From Isurus oxyrinchus (taxonomy: Eukaryota): DNA of 64,000 nt. The translations under genes and the position numbers were made by a program. The stretch lies in contig JANJGN010000034.1 in the NCBI GenBank assembly GCA_026770705.1, forward strand, positions 5,580,001 through 5,644,000, in the 5' to 3' direction. Numbering within the stretch: the first letter of the stretch is position 1; each line of letters starts with the position of its first letter. This document shows positions 38,754 through 52,377 of the stretch, piece by piece. The notes beneath the pieces were generated by a model. It was not told the origin of the DNA, ran no database searches, and saw nothing but the letters and a program-made list of their open reading frames with translations.

Positions 38754-41334
38754 GTAAAATCTCCTACGACCTGTACACTGGTTGAATTTCTCTGATGGAG
38801 TTTAATTTGAAACGATTTATCAATCTTAACTAAATTCGTTGATTGGAATATATATCAGAGAGCTATGATGAGTTGCAACAATGTGGAACTTATTTGCAAC
38901 ACCACGTTTCTGATTAGTGTAGCTAAATTCACTATTGAGTATTATTTCTCTAAAAGACATGTGAACCCAATCAAATCAGAATTTACTTCAAACTACAGGG
39001 AAGTGGCACCACAACTCAGAGATAGTTTGTTTGACGGGAACTCGGGCAACCTGGAGGCTCGAATTCAAATTACGGAATTCCAAGTGATGAATATAATATT
39101 AGATAATCCATAAAATTGCAATACATGATGCTTTCTCTAATGGTGTCCATAAAGCTAATGGATTAAAAAAAAAACTGATGATTTATGAAAATGAGTTCCC
39201 TAAATAAGTTTTCCCGTGCATAACCGCTGGTCAATGTGCCTCACCAGAACAAAGGTGCAGAATTATCTATCGGCTGAGAAATGGCCGACAACACCTTCAA
39301 TGCACATACAATGGGTTTTCACACTGCCTGAAGTGCTTCTGGAAGGCAGGACGCTATTGTCTTCACAAGTGAAATAAATACACGAGCTGTTGAGAAAGTC
39401 TCCTTCTTGTGAATTAATAGAATGTCACAAAAAACATATATGTATATCACTTAATGGAATGGACGAGTGAACTATTGTTTTAAAATTAACAAGAGTCATG
39501 TTCAACATACCGAAGTCGTGGCCCTGTTCAATTCTTGTCCAAAGTTGTCAGTTGAGTTCACACAAAAGATAATTAGGAAGGCACAAGCACTGTGCGTAGT
39601 AGTTGAAAGCTTTTGTGCAAAATTATTTCACGTAACCTCATTACAGCACAATTGAAGAAAACTTCGCAATTTAGGGTCTTGATATGCCTGGATAGCCTAA
39701 AGTCCAAATAGAGCAGACAGTTTTTGTCACTGACAAATTCTGTTAAATCATAGAGCCAGGACCGCCGATTGTTGCCATATTCATTGGCTTAACCAAATCT
39801 AAAGTACATTAGAGGTTTATGGCCTCGATGATACAGGGATTGTATAGAGGGAGTGGAGAAGTTGCCAAAAAAGACTTACCTGAAGAATTGCAAAAGTGAG
39901 AGATGTTAACGCTCAAGAAATGTTGAGCATGCAGTCTATATTTTCCGTAGAATGAACTGATCATTTCGTTCATATTTGATATTAAATCTAAGGAACTTTG
40001 TGCATCTCAGTCTGTTTACAGGTAGGGGGATGAGGTTATATTTTTCGAGCAGGACTCCGAGAATAACCTGTGGATAATGTTTAAAATGGTGAATATGTTC
40101 TTTGCAAGGTACTTAGAAAAGGTGGTCCCCGAGAAGTAGAGTCCCATTCCAAGTACCTAGTTAATAAGTTTGTTTCAAATGGATAGAAAATTTGAATATC
40201 AGACTAATGTCAAAGAGGTGCCACCCATGCAGAAGAAGCTGTTTCGAACGGTGGTAATAAAAATGTTGTAATAATGTTGAAAAGATAATGAGTTATTAAT
40301 GACCATAGAAAGAATGCATAGCCATCTTGAAACATAACATGAATTGGATTGTCACTGTTCCATTGACATGCATCATCAACAGCTTGCGATTAATGATTTG
40401 TTGCTGTACAATAACATTCTGTCACTTGGGATCAGTGAGGCAGTGTGGTGGGGAGTGGAGTTGGTTTGCGGGGGAGAGTGGGGGTGGTGGTTGTGCGGCA
40501 ATGGGTGCGGAGATGCTGAAATTCTTGCAATTGTGATGCAATGTGAATGTGAGGGTATATTCAGAAGGGATTGAAAAAATCACTGAGAATGGAAGTAATA
40601 AAAATTGAGAAGTGTGTTTGAAGACGAAGGGAATAACTGCTATTAAGTAAGTTGCGAGGAATTGTTTCATTACTGATCAGCATGGAAATATATGCAAAAT
40701 TCTAGATATTAAGATAGATGATTGGGAACATTGATTAGCATGTGACAGTGTAATGGAACTATCATTCAGAACTGGCTGACAAAAAGCAGGATGAAGAGCA
40801 TCTCAAAATTGTAAATGACACGAAAGTAACAAAGAAGATTTATTAGCAACAAACTTATTAATATAATTGAAGTTATCACGTACAGCTTTAAGCATGCAAG
40901 GCATTGTAGAATGAACAGCAAATTAAGGCATTTGATGAAGTGTAAAAATAAACTAAAATAACATTATTCTGGTTCTATTTCAGAGGGCAAAATAGAGGAA
41001 AATATTGCAAAAAAATTATTGACTAATCTATAAGATGGGCAGGAAAAAAAATATGGCTGTAACATAAAAGGTTTCAAACAATAGTTTTGTACAATCACAG
41101 TGAAATTAAGACACGAATTAATATTCTTTAAATGCATCACGATGAAAGCCTTAGGTGAAATTAACATCGTGAGAAATGCTGAACTAAATTGTCTACTTGT
41201 GTAACATCAAATGTTCCCAAGAATTAAAGTAGGAGGAAACTTTACAAACAATCTTCCTTTACATAATTTTCTACTCGCTCCTGACTCGAGACTTCATGCC
41301 AGAAATGTGATCGCCAGCGAAGGCTGTAGCATTG

Positions 41335-43130
41335 TGTTTTAATATCCATGATTTGTTCAAGGGCTGTAGTTGACTTTGTAAAGGCCAGAATTTATTGTCC
41401 ATCTAATATGCGCTTCAGATTCTGGCCAGGATCTGCCCTCTTGAACCTCTGCAATCCATGTATTGCAGGATCCGGCGCAGTGCTTTAGGCAATGTGTTCC
41501 AGGAGACCGGCCAAGTTACAGGGAAGGTACTGTGACATAGCTCCAAGCCAGGCAGGTGTGTGAATTGCAAGAGACGTTGAACTTTTTGGTGCTTCCATGC
41601 ACCATGTCCAACAGTTTCCATGTGGCAAAGATTGCTGGCTTGGAAACTGCTGTAGATGTAGTCTTGGTGAGCTGCTGTAGTGCCTTTTAAGCATCTTCTA
41701 AGCACAGTTCTGCCAGTGTGTATTGACGGTGAAGGGAGTAGATATTAATTGTGCAGAATTGTGTTCCAATGAAACGGCTGCTTAGTCCTGGATGTTCTTC
41801 AGCATTTTAGTGTTGTTGCAGCGGCATCCAGACAAGTGCAACTCATTACATCACAATTCTGGTTTGTACCTTGCAGCTTGTGGAAAGGTTTTGGGGAGTC
41901 AGGAGTTAAGGTAATATCCACAGAATTCCCAGCTTATGGTCCGCTTCTTATATCCAGTGCATTTGCATAGCTGTTCCGGTTCAGTTTCCGGCTAAAGTTA
42001 ACTTGCAGGTTTTCGGTATTGGGGGATTCAACGATAGTAATATGACTAATAACAAGTGGAGATGGACAGGTTCCCTTATTTACGAGATGGCTGTTGTCTG
42101 GTGGTTTTGTGGTATGAATAATCCATGCCACCTTTCAGAAAAAAATCTCTGAATATGTGCATTGGGTACAGACTCCCTCAGTATCTGAGGAATAGCAAAT
42201 GGTGCCGAAAAATAGTGCAGAAATCCCGTGCACATCCTCATCTGTTCTTATAATGGATTGATTTTCAGTGATGAAGCAGCGAAAGATGACTGGGTCAAGG
42301 ACTCTACCTGGATAAATATTTGCCCCAATGTCCCGTGGCGATGATGACTGACATCCATTAAGATAACTATCTGCAGTTGTGCTAGGTATGATGGGAAGAA
42401 ATGGCGATTTAACTCTAGATTTCCATTGACTCCTGAAATTCTGGTGTTCCTTTATTCCATACTTGATCAATTGCTGACCTGAAATCAAGAGCAGTCACTC
42501 TCATCTCACCTCTTGATATTTCGCTCGTGTCAGATCCCAAAACTGGCCCTAGACACATTTTAGTATCTAGGACATTTCGGTCTGGGCCAGCTCAGTCATT
42601 AGCGCTGCTACTAAGGACCTCTTGGGTATCAGCATGGAAGATCCTCTCTCAGACTATATCATGTGCCCTTTCCAACCTCGGTGATTATTTCAATTGGCTT
42701 TCAACAAGGTGGAGGACTGATTCATCAAGCTGTAGAATATTTTTTAAACAGCACGTGTTTTGTTTTCCCATGTTTGATTAGAGGCCATTGGACAACATGA
42801 GGACTGGTGCCAATGTTGCGGATAGCCCAAGTTAACTTCATCTTTATGCCACTTTCTCCAATATGTTGTGAGTCTACCCAGCTAGTGGATAGGCGATACC
42901 CATAGATTATGATAGTGATGACTGGGACCTTGTTTCTCCGGCATGGATCCTTGGCTATGACTGTTTCAGGTTGTAGCTTGATCAGTATGTCTCACAGGTT
43001 TAATAATTTTTACTATAACCCAAGCCGTTAGTTAGGAGGACTTTCCAGTTTGCACAATACCGGGTTCACATTTTGCCCTTCCGGCCCTTGGGTCTATGCC
43101 AGTCTACCTGACCACTTTCTCTACATTTAA
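41335..43130 (-). mobile_element. Decayed second-family LINE (internally deleted)
   Basis: 3' tail aaggccagaatttattgtccatct shared with other copies; RT-like reverse-strand segment tcctcatctgttcttataatgg...ctgggtcaaggactctacctgg. Confidence 0.65.
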
Positions 43131-43149
43131 ACGTCATAGCGTTTTGAAA

Positions 43150-43450
43150 CAGTTGAATGGTTTGCTCGGCCATTTCAGATGCCATTTAAGATTCAAACAC
43201 ATTCTTGGGAATCTGGAGTCGGCAATGGGAAAGTAGAGTTCCTGCATTGATGGACTTCAGTGAAGCAAGTGGATTTATACCACAATTGACGTTCGTTTCA
43301 ATGTCATTATTAGGTTAAAGTTTAGTTCCTAATGCTGTATTTCAATTTTAATTGCGCTAGCTACAGTGGTGAGTTTTGAAACGGTGTCTTCAGACAATTA
43401 GCATGGGACTCTCGATTACAAGCCCAGTGATGTCAAAACTATGCTATTGC
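43150..43450 (-). mobile_element. Degenerate SINE copy
   Basis: ggccatttcagatgccatttaagattcaaacacatt...tctggagtc and gattacaagcccagtga; reverse of the 62295-62595 family. Confidence 0.6.
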
Positions 43451-43979
43451 CCTTGATAAAATGTGAGGAAGTGCTATGCAGAATAACTAAAAGCCGGTCA
43501 AAACAAGTTCGATCGAAATTTAAAAAAAAAACCTAATGAAAATGATCTTATTTAATTAAAAGAAAACACGGCTTAATTAAATCCAGGAAATGCTCATTCA
43601 TTAAGAAAATCTCCTGCCTGACAAAAAGTGTTGGTATTATGCAAGGGACTAAAGGGCAGGTCTGTGCAGTGTAGTTTTCTTTATGCATTTCAGAAATGCA
43701 TTTTTGAGATTTCTTGCATAGCAGATCACCCTCAATCGTACAGTGGCCATGCAATCAAAGAAAAACTGGCAACATGGAGTCAGAGGAAGGGAGCAAAGGA
43801 TAACATGTTTCACTGATGTTTGACGATTTTAAGGCTCTTTCTTGACGCTGGACAGGGCTCAATAATCAAAGGATTAGTCAGGAAAACGGCATAACTGCAA
43901 CTGAAGTTAAATATTTCAATAATATTTGTGGCGTAGTATTTGAGGAGATTTACAATACTAGGAAGTATACATTATTATA

Positions 43980-44570
43980 TTTTATTCATTCAGTGGTGTT
44001 GACGTTGCTGCCTAGGCCTGCATTTATTGACCACGCACCAACACTCAACCCTTTATTACTTGAGAAGGTGGTGGTGATCTGCCTTTCTTAACCATTGCAC
44101 TCAATGTGGGGTAGTTCCACCCACAGTTATTTTAGGGAGTTCAGGGTTTTGAACCAGCTACAGCAAAGGACCGGCGATATAGTCCCATTTCAGAATGATG
44201 AGAGTTTGGAGGGTTATTGTCAGGTGGTGTGGCTCCCATGTGTCAGTTGCACTTGTCTTTCTAGATGGCCGTGGTTTTGAGCATGGAATGTGCTCTCTAA
44301 GGAGTCTTATTGAGCTCCTGCAGTTCATTTTGTAGATAGTAGACATTGTGACCACTGTGCATCGGTGGTGGAACGAGCGAATATGTGTGGATGGAGTGCC
44401 ATACAAGCGGTCTGCTTTGTCCTCAATGGTGTAAACCTTGTCGAGTGTTGTTGGAGTTGCACTGAACCAGCCAACCGAAAAACATTCCATCAAACTCCCG
44501 ATTTCTGCATTGCAGATGGTAAACTCCCTTTGGGGTGTCAGCAGGTGATTGGTTATGCTAATAAAAAAAA
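43980..44570 (-). mobile_element. 3' fragment of the second LINE family
   Basis: Minus ORF TLDKVYTIEDKADRLYGTPST..SFHHRCTV; shared 3' tail. Confidence 0.75.
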
Positions 44571-44649
44571 CATAGAGTAGCAAAAATCTTTATATTTCAT
44601 GATCTTTGAACTCTGAAAGTGGTTTTACAGAAAAATAAATTGGTCAACA

Positions 44650-45230
44650 AGGCATATGCCATCCTTGCCTTTCTCAAAGAAGGCAAATAGAATAACAGCA
44701 AGGAGATTATGAAAAACGTTATAAAATAAGTTTTGAGCCACCTCTGGATTATTTCTGTCATTTCTAGTCGAAGCACTAAAGGAAAGCTAAGAGGAGAGGG
44801 TTGAGAAAATCGGAGTATTCTCTCTCACTAGAGCTACGGAGATTGACGGGCGACGTGGTAGAAGTTTACAACAATATGAGTAGCATCGACAGAGTAGATA
44901 GTCAGAAGCGTTATCCAAGGGTGGGAAAGTCACTTACTAGGGGACATAGATTTAAGGTGAGAGGAGAAAACTATAGAGGAGATGTGCGGGGCATTCTTTT
45001 TATGCAGAGGGTAGTGAGTGTCTGGCATTCGCTGCTAGAGGAGAAGGTGGAAGCTGGTACCATAGTGCTCTTTAAGAGGCAGCTTGCCAAATACATGAAT
45101 AGGATTGGAATAGAGGGATACGGAGCACGGAGTGCAAAATGTTTTAATTGACGGGTAATATTATCGGTGCAGGCTTGGAAGGCAGAAGGGCCTGTTCCTG
45201 TGCAGTACCATAGTTTGTTCTTTGTTCTTT
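44650..45230 (+). mobile_element. CR1-type LINE 3' fragment
   Basis: ORF 44801-45151 SLELRRLTGDVVEVY...TRGHRFKVRG...QRVVSVWHSL is a typical CR1 ORF2 C-terminus. Confidence 0.88.
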
Positions 45231-45911
45231 GAAATAATTGGTTGACTTGCAGAGAATAAAGATCGGATTTACTGGGCTCTCGCCAGGACTGTATATATCT
45301 TTTTATCAATAATTATTTTGTAGGCTTTGGTCGATTCATGTCGAAAGCAAGAGGCAGAGTAGAATCTTAACTGAATTTTATGAATTAAGAGGATAGGGAG
45401 TTATTTCCGCTTGGTTGATGGTCCATAATTAGCATCGTGATCGGAGCAGACTTGAGCGGAAACCTTCTGAAAAAGCGTTTTAGAGGAATAATAGCAATGC
45501 CGAAAATGGTGGCAGCGGGGTTAACCCTCGCAATTCTAACGATTGTACGTATATGCACTTGAAGTGCCATCACATTCGAAGTTGCTCAACGAGTTTCTGA
45601 AAGTGTGATTAGTCCTGATTGCTTCTTCTCGTGTGTCCACTCTTAATTGGTCAATTGCACTGCATCATGCTGTAAATTTCTCTGCACACATGAATACTTC
45701 AATAAAACTAAACATTTACATGGAGCGGTGATTGAAAACAACTTAATTGGCTGCCAGCCAATTAATCCTAACGAAGATGCAGACTACAAAGAAAAGGGCA
45801 GCAGATTATTTCCGACATTATTTGAGCTCGGAGCAGTTGTATGCAAACAGGTTAGAGACTCATAATCCTGTGCTTTGCAAGAAACTCAAAAGGTTTCTCT
45901 ATTATTTTCAG

Positions 45912-45947
45912 AACGGGAAAAACGGCTGAGAGATCTCAAAGATGCAG
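45912..45947 (+). CDS. Micro-exon 17, class A, 36 nt: EREKRLRDLKDA
   Basis: tctctattattttcag|AACGGGAAAAACGGCTGAGAGATCTCAAAGATGCAG|gtgagt. Confidence 0.9.
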
Positions 45948-46878
45948 GTGAGTTGGTAAATTTACTTTCTAATTTCTGACCATGTTGTAAAACAAGCGAA
46001 ATCCAATTCAGCGGGCATTGTGTTCCCCATGCCCTTTGCCTCCACGATTAATTTCTCGATGCAGGAAATCATTGTTAGTTTTAAAAATAACACTTTAATG
46101 AGACATCGCCCACAGAATGCAATGGCCAAAATTCAAATGATGAACAGTTTTGATTGGATCCATTTCGCCATTATTGCATCCAGCTTTGCAAAGCCATGGA
46201 AGAGGAGAATATTTAATTTGACCAGTTCAAAATATTAGGATTAACTGTAAAGATTCGCAAAGAATAACTTCACATTACTTCAACTCTGCCATGCTCAATT
46301 GAAATGTATATGATATTGATAGCTATTCACTGCTTCCGCTCCTGTTAATTTCAATTCTCAGCAAGGAGGTATTTTGTTTATATATTTGTAGTCTATAGCT
46401 TTCACCTAATGCCAAAAAATTCAACGATTTCAGCACTGAGGGTGTACAATAAAGGCAGAGGGTTTTCCTCTTTGCATAATAAGTTATTCTCCTCAGTCTC
46501 TTCACTCAGTTATGCTTTTGAGATCCCATGACGCCCTTTGAAGAATGAAGAACGTGCATCATCAATATTTACGACTCTACAACACTAAACTAAAGCATGC
46601 ATGCAGAACTGTCGTCTGGGCATTATTTGATAAAATCTGGCTATTCGGCCAACGATATTATACGATGGGACATCCTCAAAATCTGGCTCATTTGCTCCAG
46701 TACGCATTACAGCGGTCTGAGCTCGTAAGCAGTTCAATATACATGAGAAGCATTTTGTTTTGTTTCTTTTTTTCTTCAGTTTATTCTGTGGCGCGTGGAT
46801 CGAAAGAATTGAGCATGATTGGTTAGCTCAAAATAACCTGACATATATTTTGTGTACAATTTTGAATAATAATTATAG

Positions 46879-46905
46879 AAGAGAAATTAAAGGCCTGCCG
46901 GAAAG
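46879..46905 (+). CDS. Micro-exon 18, class B, 27 nt: EEKLKACRK
   Basis: aataataattatag|AAGAGAAATTAAAGGCCTGCCGGAAAG|gtaagc; weak pyrimidine tract but clearly similar to exons 3 and 6. Confidence 0.85.
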
Positions 46906-46997
46906 GTAAGCAAGACCACTATCTGAGACGGTAATGGGTGCAACAATTATCATTATTGTTTTGATGACGTTCCATCTATTGTCCTTCATAATCTCAG

Positions 46998-47024
46998 AGC
47001 TGAAAGACTGCAAATCCAACGACC
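46998..47024 (+). CDS. Micro-exon 19, 27 nt: ELKDCKSND
   Basis: gtccttcataatctcag|AGCTGAAAGACTGCAAATCCAACGACC|gtgagt; 92-nt intron from exon 18. Confidence 0.85.
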
Positions 47025-47364
47025 GTGAGTACAGGCAAATTTCCTGCGTGCATTCATTGCAAAGTTAAGCGTGGTGCAAAATGGCTGATTATGAACTGGC
47101 CCTCTTCGTTTGACAGCTTTCAATATGCTTATCTGTACTGAAAACAACGATTATACAAAAAAAAAACATTGTGCCAATTGTGCCGCATTGATCAGGGTTA
47201 AATACTTCTTTACAGTGAGAGAAAAGTCACCATGTTTACTTACTCGACCAACATTCATAAATCTCTCTACACATATTCTTTACTCACGCTCCAGTGATAT
47301 TACATTTTACTAATGTTCCTCTACCAATAGTTTTTTTTTAAGTTGTATTATTTCCATTGGACAG

Positions 47365-47400
47365 AAATTGAAAAACTTAAAAAACTTCTTGAAGATACAG
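47365..47400 (+). CDS. Micro-exon 20, class A, 36 nt: QIEKLKKLLEDT
   Basis: tatttccattggacag|AAATTGAAAAACTTAAAAAACTTCTTGAAGATACAG|gtgaga. Confidence 0.87.
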
Positions 47401-48033
47401 GTGAGAAACATAATTGGCTTCAAAAAATAACTGTTGTCGTTTTATAGTCAAGTAAAGTGAGTGCAAGCCTGTTGATCTCGAATCGTAGAGATACATTGAA
47501 CTTACTTTGAACAACACACACATTACTGAAGTGAGCCGTGTAGACAATATTGCAAAATTTTGGATGGACTGACCGCGCATTGGTTAAAACCTATATTGGA
47601 AATAATCGGTGTTTATAAAGTTGCTGTCGATTGTTCTCGCTCATTTTTTTTAAATCCCAAAGACAGTTACAAAAAATGTATTGTGAAAATTAAGGCATTT
47701 TTTGCGGCCTTCGCATAATATCATATATACGCAATGGAGATATTTTAGTAACTACGGCTTTTTGAGGCACCAGGAGAAATATAGAGGCAGGGCAGTAATG
47801 CCGAGTTGATCGGAGAAGGCGGTGAAGACAGTTACTAACAACCTCCTTAATCATGAGGGCTTTTCTGTTGAACGATTAGGCCTTAACTATGGAAGCAGCT
47901 TTAAACAATGGTTCAGATCCTGCAATTGTGGCAGAAAGAGCTAAGTTCAAGTTCTATTTCACGAAACAAAAAAACAATATAGGTTGCACGTCCACTGCAG
48001 AAAACAGGCAGTGTTACACCTCTGTTCATTCAG

Positions 48034-48054
48034 CTTTTCAACTGGTACTGCATA
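48034..48054 (+). CDS. Possible additional 21-nt micro-exon: AFQLVLH
   Basis: ctctgttcattcag|CTTTTCAACTGGTACTGCATA|gtaagt; frame- and heptad-preserving but compositionally unlike the other exons. Confidence 0.3.
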
Positions 48055-49379
48055 GTAAGTTCACCCCGCCTTCCTAGTTGGATGCAAATCATCCCATTCT
48101 GTTGCTTCAAAGATGTGGACGATCGTTCTGGCTTGTGTCCTGATTGACTTGGTTCTCTCAATGAGTGCATGTATTATGTATATTTCTGCATATAAGGAAA
48201 TAAATGGATAACTAGATCCATAAATAAGTAAATAAATAAATAAGTACGCAAGTCATGATGGCTGCCCTTTCTGATTGTTGGACTATTCTGTGATTATATT
48301 ATTTGCCATATTTCATAACTTATAAAAATAACAACAGGCCAAATGTGTGCCGTTTATTGAAAAGTTGTTTGGAGATCACCGAGACTGCAAAAGACATTCT
48401 TGTGCCTCTTCCTTCCCTTACTGAGGAACTAGGTTGGTCGGCAATTGATTGGTAGGCCGCATACAAAAGCCAGAAAATTATTTTAACCTGTGTGCCCTGT
48501 CACATAAAATCTCGTGGGATATAAGCAAAGTATCATGCCTGCTATCATGTTGTTCACGTCAGTTCTAAACCAAGTGGATAAAAAAAAATGAAATGAAAAC
48601 AACGTGGAAAATTGAGCAACGATTCTCTGTTCTGCAATGTCCCTGGAGTAAAATGTCTAGTAGAGATAGTGTCAAATAATAGGAAGAAGATGTCATTGTT
48701 GTTAAATGAGGAGTACATAATGCACAAAATACCTGGCAAGTAATTCCAGGCTTTTCTTCAAAATTATGCCAAATGTTTTTTTTGAAGTTTTCCTGAAAGA
48801 TTTGCGATGCCTGGTTCACCGCCTCATGCTAAAGGAAGAACCAAGGAGAGAAGCATACTACTAACTAGATTAGTATTGTCACAGTGGTTAATGAGTAAGG
48901 CATTTGTAATGAGTTGCAAATGCAGAGACTTCTGCCTCATGGGTGAAACATCAACAACACAGCTTAGTATAAGCTTGGTGACAGATAGAAAAGAGAACAG
49001 TTGAATTTGTCTTTAGTGCATGCTTTCTACCTCAACATCGCTGCAACAGATTATCCATGCAACTTGAATCTCATAAGTTGTTGCTTCTGCCTGCAGTCAC
49101 TCTAAGGTGCGGCAAAATTCTATGTTCCACATTTAAATATGGGTACCAAAACAGTTCAGTAGTCATTACAACGCGATGAAAGTGGACCTATGGCTGACTA
49201 CAAAGTATTTTATTTTCGTAGCAATTTGATCAGCTGGCCAACTAAGTCCATTAACGAATATGATTGTATGACCCGACCGAAAATAGCCATCTGTTACTTG
49301 TTCCATGTTATTATTCCACAAAGTGATGACCCTAGTTCTGCTAATCACACGTTTTCATTTTTCCCCTTATGCCAAGAGC

Positions 49380-49650
49380 AGCAAATGCTTTAGCCCTTAC
49401 CGTTCTAGTTCACTCTCACTTTGTTGTTTGACCATGGCATATTTCCCAACCTCTCTTTAGCCCCCACATATCGTTCATCATTACTCGTGCTTCAACTGCT
49501 CCACCCTCCGAAACAGTATGAAGGTACCCACATTTCTACTTCTATGTAGCGCTGCAGAAGAGTTATACAGACTCAAAACGTAACTCGGTTTCTCTCTCCA
49601 CAGGTATGGTCAGACCAGTTGAGTTTTTGCAGCATATTATGTTTTTATTT
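49380..49650 (+). repeat. Dispersed repeat fragment (retroelement terminal-repeat-like)
   Basis: gactcaaaacgtaactcggtttctctctccacag...gagtttttgcagcatattatgttttt; a related degenerate segment lies near 20140-20220. Confidence 0.45.
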
Positions 49651-50573
49651 TATTATTGCATAATTGTTGGATAGGAAGTCGAACAATTGTCCGTTGCAAA
49701 TCCAGGCCGTGGTTCTGATGTGGCAAAATTCTAAATTTCTGCATAAGGGTTAAATGGAGGCCTTTGGGAGCACTTCTGCCTGTTAGTCAGAACGTTACAG
49801 ATGCTCCCCCCACTCCAAGACAAAGAAAAGCAAAACTGAGGTGGAAACACCATTGTTCTTCGAATGGAGGACTAAATCTCAGGTTTTTCAGTACTAGCAA
49901 AATATGTTCTTTATTTTTTTCAAGTGAATCTTTACCGACAGCTTGCACGCCATCTATGTTGCAAGCAAAGGTTTGCCGATCATTTGCGATCTTCCCTGGA
50001 ATCAGGCATATTATCTTAATCAAGCAACATCTCTAAAACAGGTTGCGTGTTATTGCTGCTGTACAAAATTTCTGTGTCCCAATCAGATTTCGAGTTTTCA
50101 GCATTGTGAATTCGGTGCTTTGACCTTGCCTTTAAGAAACAGATGGAATTTGCTTTGGGCCTTGCAAGCTTCATCACAGTATTAAGTTGTGTTATTTCAA
50201 ATGGCTCAATTTTTTTCCCATGTAAATGTCCATTTACTTCACACCGGTTCAATTATTTTCCCATATGAGTTTCAAGTGCCATGACAATTACACTGAAATT
50301 AAAGCATTGGCAATCACGAATTAGCTGGATTGCAGATCATCCCTTGACGCACATGCTTTGTACAATAAAAATAAAAGACAAGTGGAGTTGCATTAAAAAC
50401 ACTGACCCAATGTTTTCGAGACGTTGAGGTGCAGGTGGATGCAAATCTCATGGCAAACATTTAATTCACTTAATTTTCGATTGCTCTGACAAAACGTTGA
50501 GTTGCACAGGGTCTTCAAAATTAATTCACTTCCTGTTGCACCACATTTTATCATGTTCGTTTCTTCTTCCCAG

Positions 50574-50600
50574 AAACTGACTTGGTTAAATGCCAGTTGG
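50574..50600 (+). CDS. Micro-exon 21, class B, 27 nt: ETDLVKCQL
   Basis: cgtttcttcttcccag|AAACTGACTTGGTTAAATGCCAGTTGG|gtaagt. Confidence 0.88.
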
Positions 50601-51479
50601 GTAAGTGTGTTTTTACATTCATTTTCTCTCGAAAGTTAAAGCATTATGTGTCAACAGTTCGGGATTCTATGAGTATGCATTATAATTGGGCCATGAAATG
50701 ATGATTTTTAACCTATAACAAGGAACACGAGCTCCAAAAAACGTGTGTAGGAAACCTACTTCATTGGCCGGTTCATCTATTCCCGTGGCCTTTGGAGTAA
50801 CTTGAATCGATCATAATGGTTAAGGGTTCCTTGATATCTTCCGAAAGCAATTGAAAAGAAAACAATGTACATTTCTGATAGTTCTCTTTTTCTTCAAATG
50901 TCACCTTTACTTCTTATTTGCTTGGATTGAGTTCCCGATTTCCACCATACATTGTGCGAGGTGTGTGTACAAAATTCTCCCCTTCGTGCAACAACTTTAT
51001 TCAGATTCAAAACATTCGTTTTGGGCGCCAGTAGCAGCAAATAACTCTGCTTTATTAGATCCATTATCTTCTCTTATTACGCAAAGAAGCACAATTGGAT
51101 CACCTCTCAATATTAAACACGCAAAGGAATGCAAATAAAATGTATTAACACAGTCCATACAGCCAAAGATGAACATTTACGTTAGCTGTGACTATAGATG
51201 AAGAGAAAACAACGTTCTATCCACAAATAAACTATAGTATTAAGTAAAATACTGGTAGAAGATTTAGTAATCACTGGGCTCAACAGCTAGCCATTTCGAA
51301 TAATTCCCCGTGATATCATGATACGATTGAAAGCATGGGGTACTGCAAAGGCCATTGGTCTGGACAGCATTCCGCCAATGCCACTGAGTTCATCTCCTCC
51401 TGAACTAACCGCACACTTATGCAAAGTTTTTCAGTCCAACCACGCAATAGACACTTATAGGTAATTTGGGAGATTGTTA

Positions 51480-52377
51480 AGGGACGCACTATACATACAA
51501 GCAAAAAAGCAGCACGATCCCGACCCGGTCAATTACCGCTACACGAGTCGAATCTCGATCTTTGTTAAATTTGAGAGATATTTCATCGGCAGCGCTATCA
51601 AGCGACACTAACTCGGCAATCACCTCTTGAGTGACGCACAGTTTGGGTTCCGCAAAGACCCTCTCATTTCCTGACCTCATTACATCTTTCATCGAAACAT
51701 GTACTAAAGAGCAGAACTGAATATACATGAGACTGCCTGTTCTTGACATCAAATCATCATTTTACCGAGGGTGGCATCAAGGAGCAACAGAAGAAAAAAA
51801 AATCTCTATTCAATGCTTATCAGAGGAAAACTCTCCACTGGTTGGTGTAATAACTAGCACCAAGGAAAATTATTGTGGATCATGGAGGTAAGTTAGCTTA
51901 GTCCAGGCATATCGAAGCAGGATTCCCTAGGGGTACTTGTGTCTTAGGCCCAAATGATTTCAATTGTCTCGTAAATGACCTTCATTCCATCATAAGATGA
52001 GAACTGTGGATGTTGGCAAGTAATTAAGCAAATTTTATCACCATTCACGAATCCTCAGAAACTTAATTCCCAGCACCCATATGCAGCCAGACGTGGACAT
52101 TATTGAGGCTTGGGATTAACAGTGGCCAGTAACATTCACGTCATGCAAGTGCCATTTATAACCATTTCAAACTATCCAAAACCTAACCAACTCCCCTTGA
52201 CCTCCAATGGCTTTAAGTTCGATGATAACCCCCAGGAGCAACAATATTGGCTGTTTCAACTGACCAGAAACTGAACTGGGCCACCAATTCACATACTGTG
52301 GTAACAAGAGCAGGCCGGAGGCAGGAAGTTCTGTGGAGTGTAACTGAAGCCCTGATTCCAAATGCCGTCCCCCATCT
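51480..52377 (+). mobile_element. Second-family LINE RT region, 5' half (split by a CR1 insertion)
   Basis: ccggtcaattaccgc (P.NYR), cagtttgggttccgc (QFGFR), cttgacatcaaatcatcatttt (LDIK..F), DQKLNW motifs. Confidence 0.8.

Noticed and set aside
45324-45347. Candidate exon GFGRFMSK after ttttgtag
   Set aside because: No in-phase GT donor.
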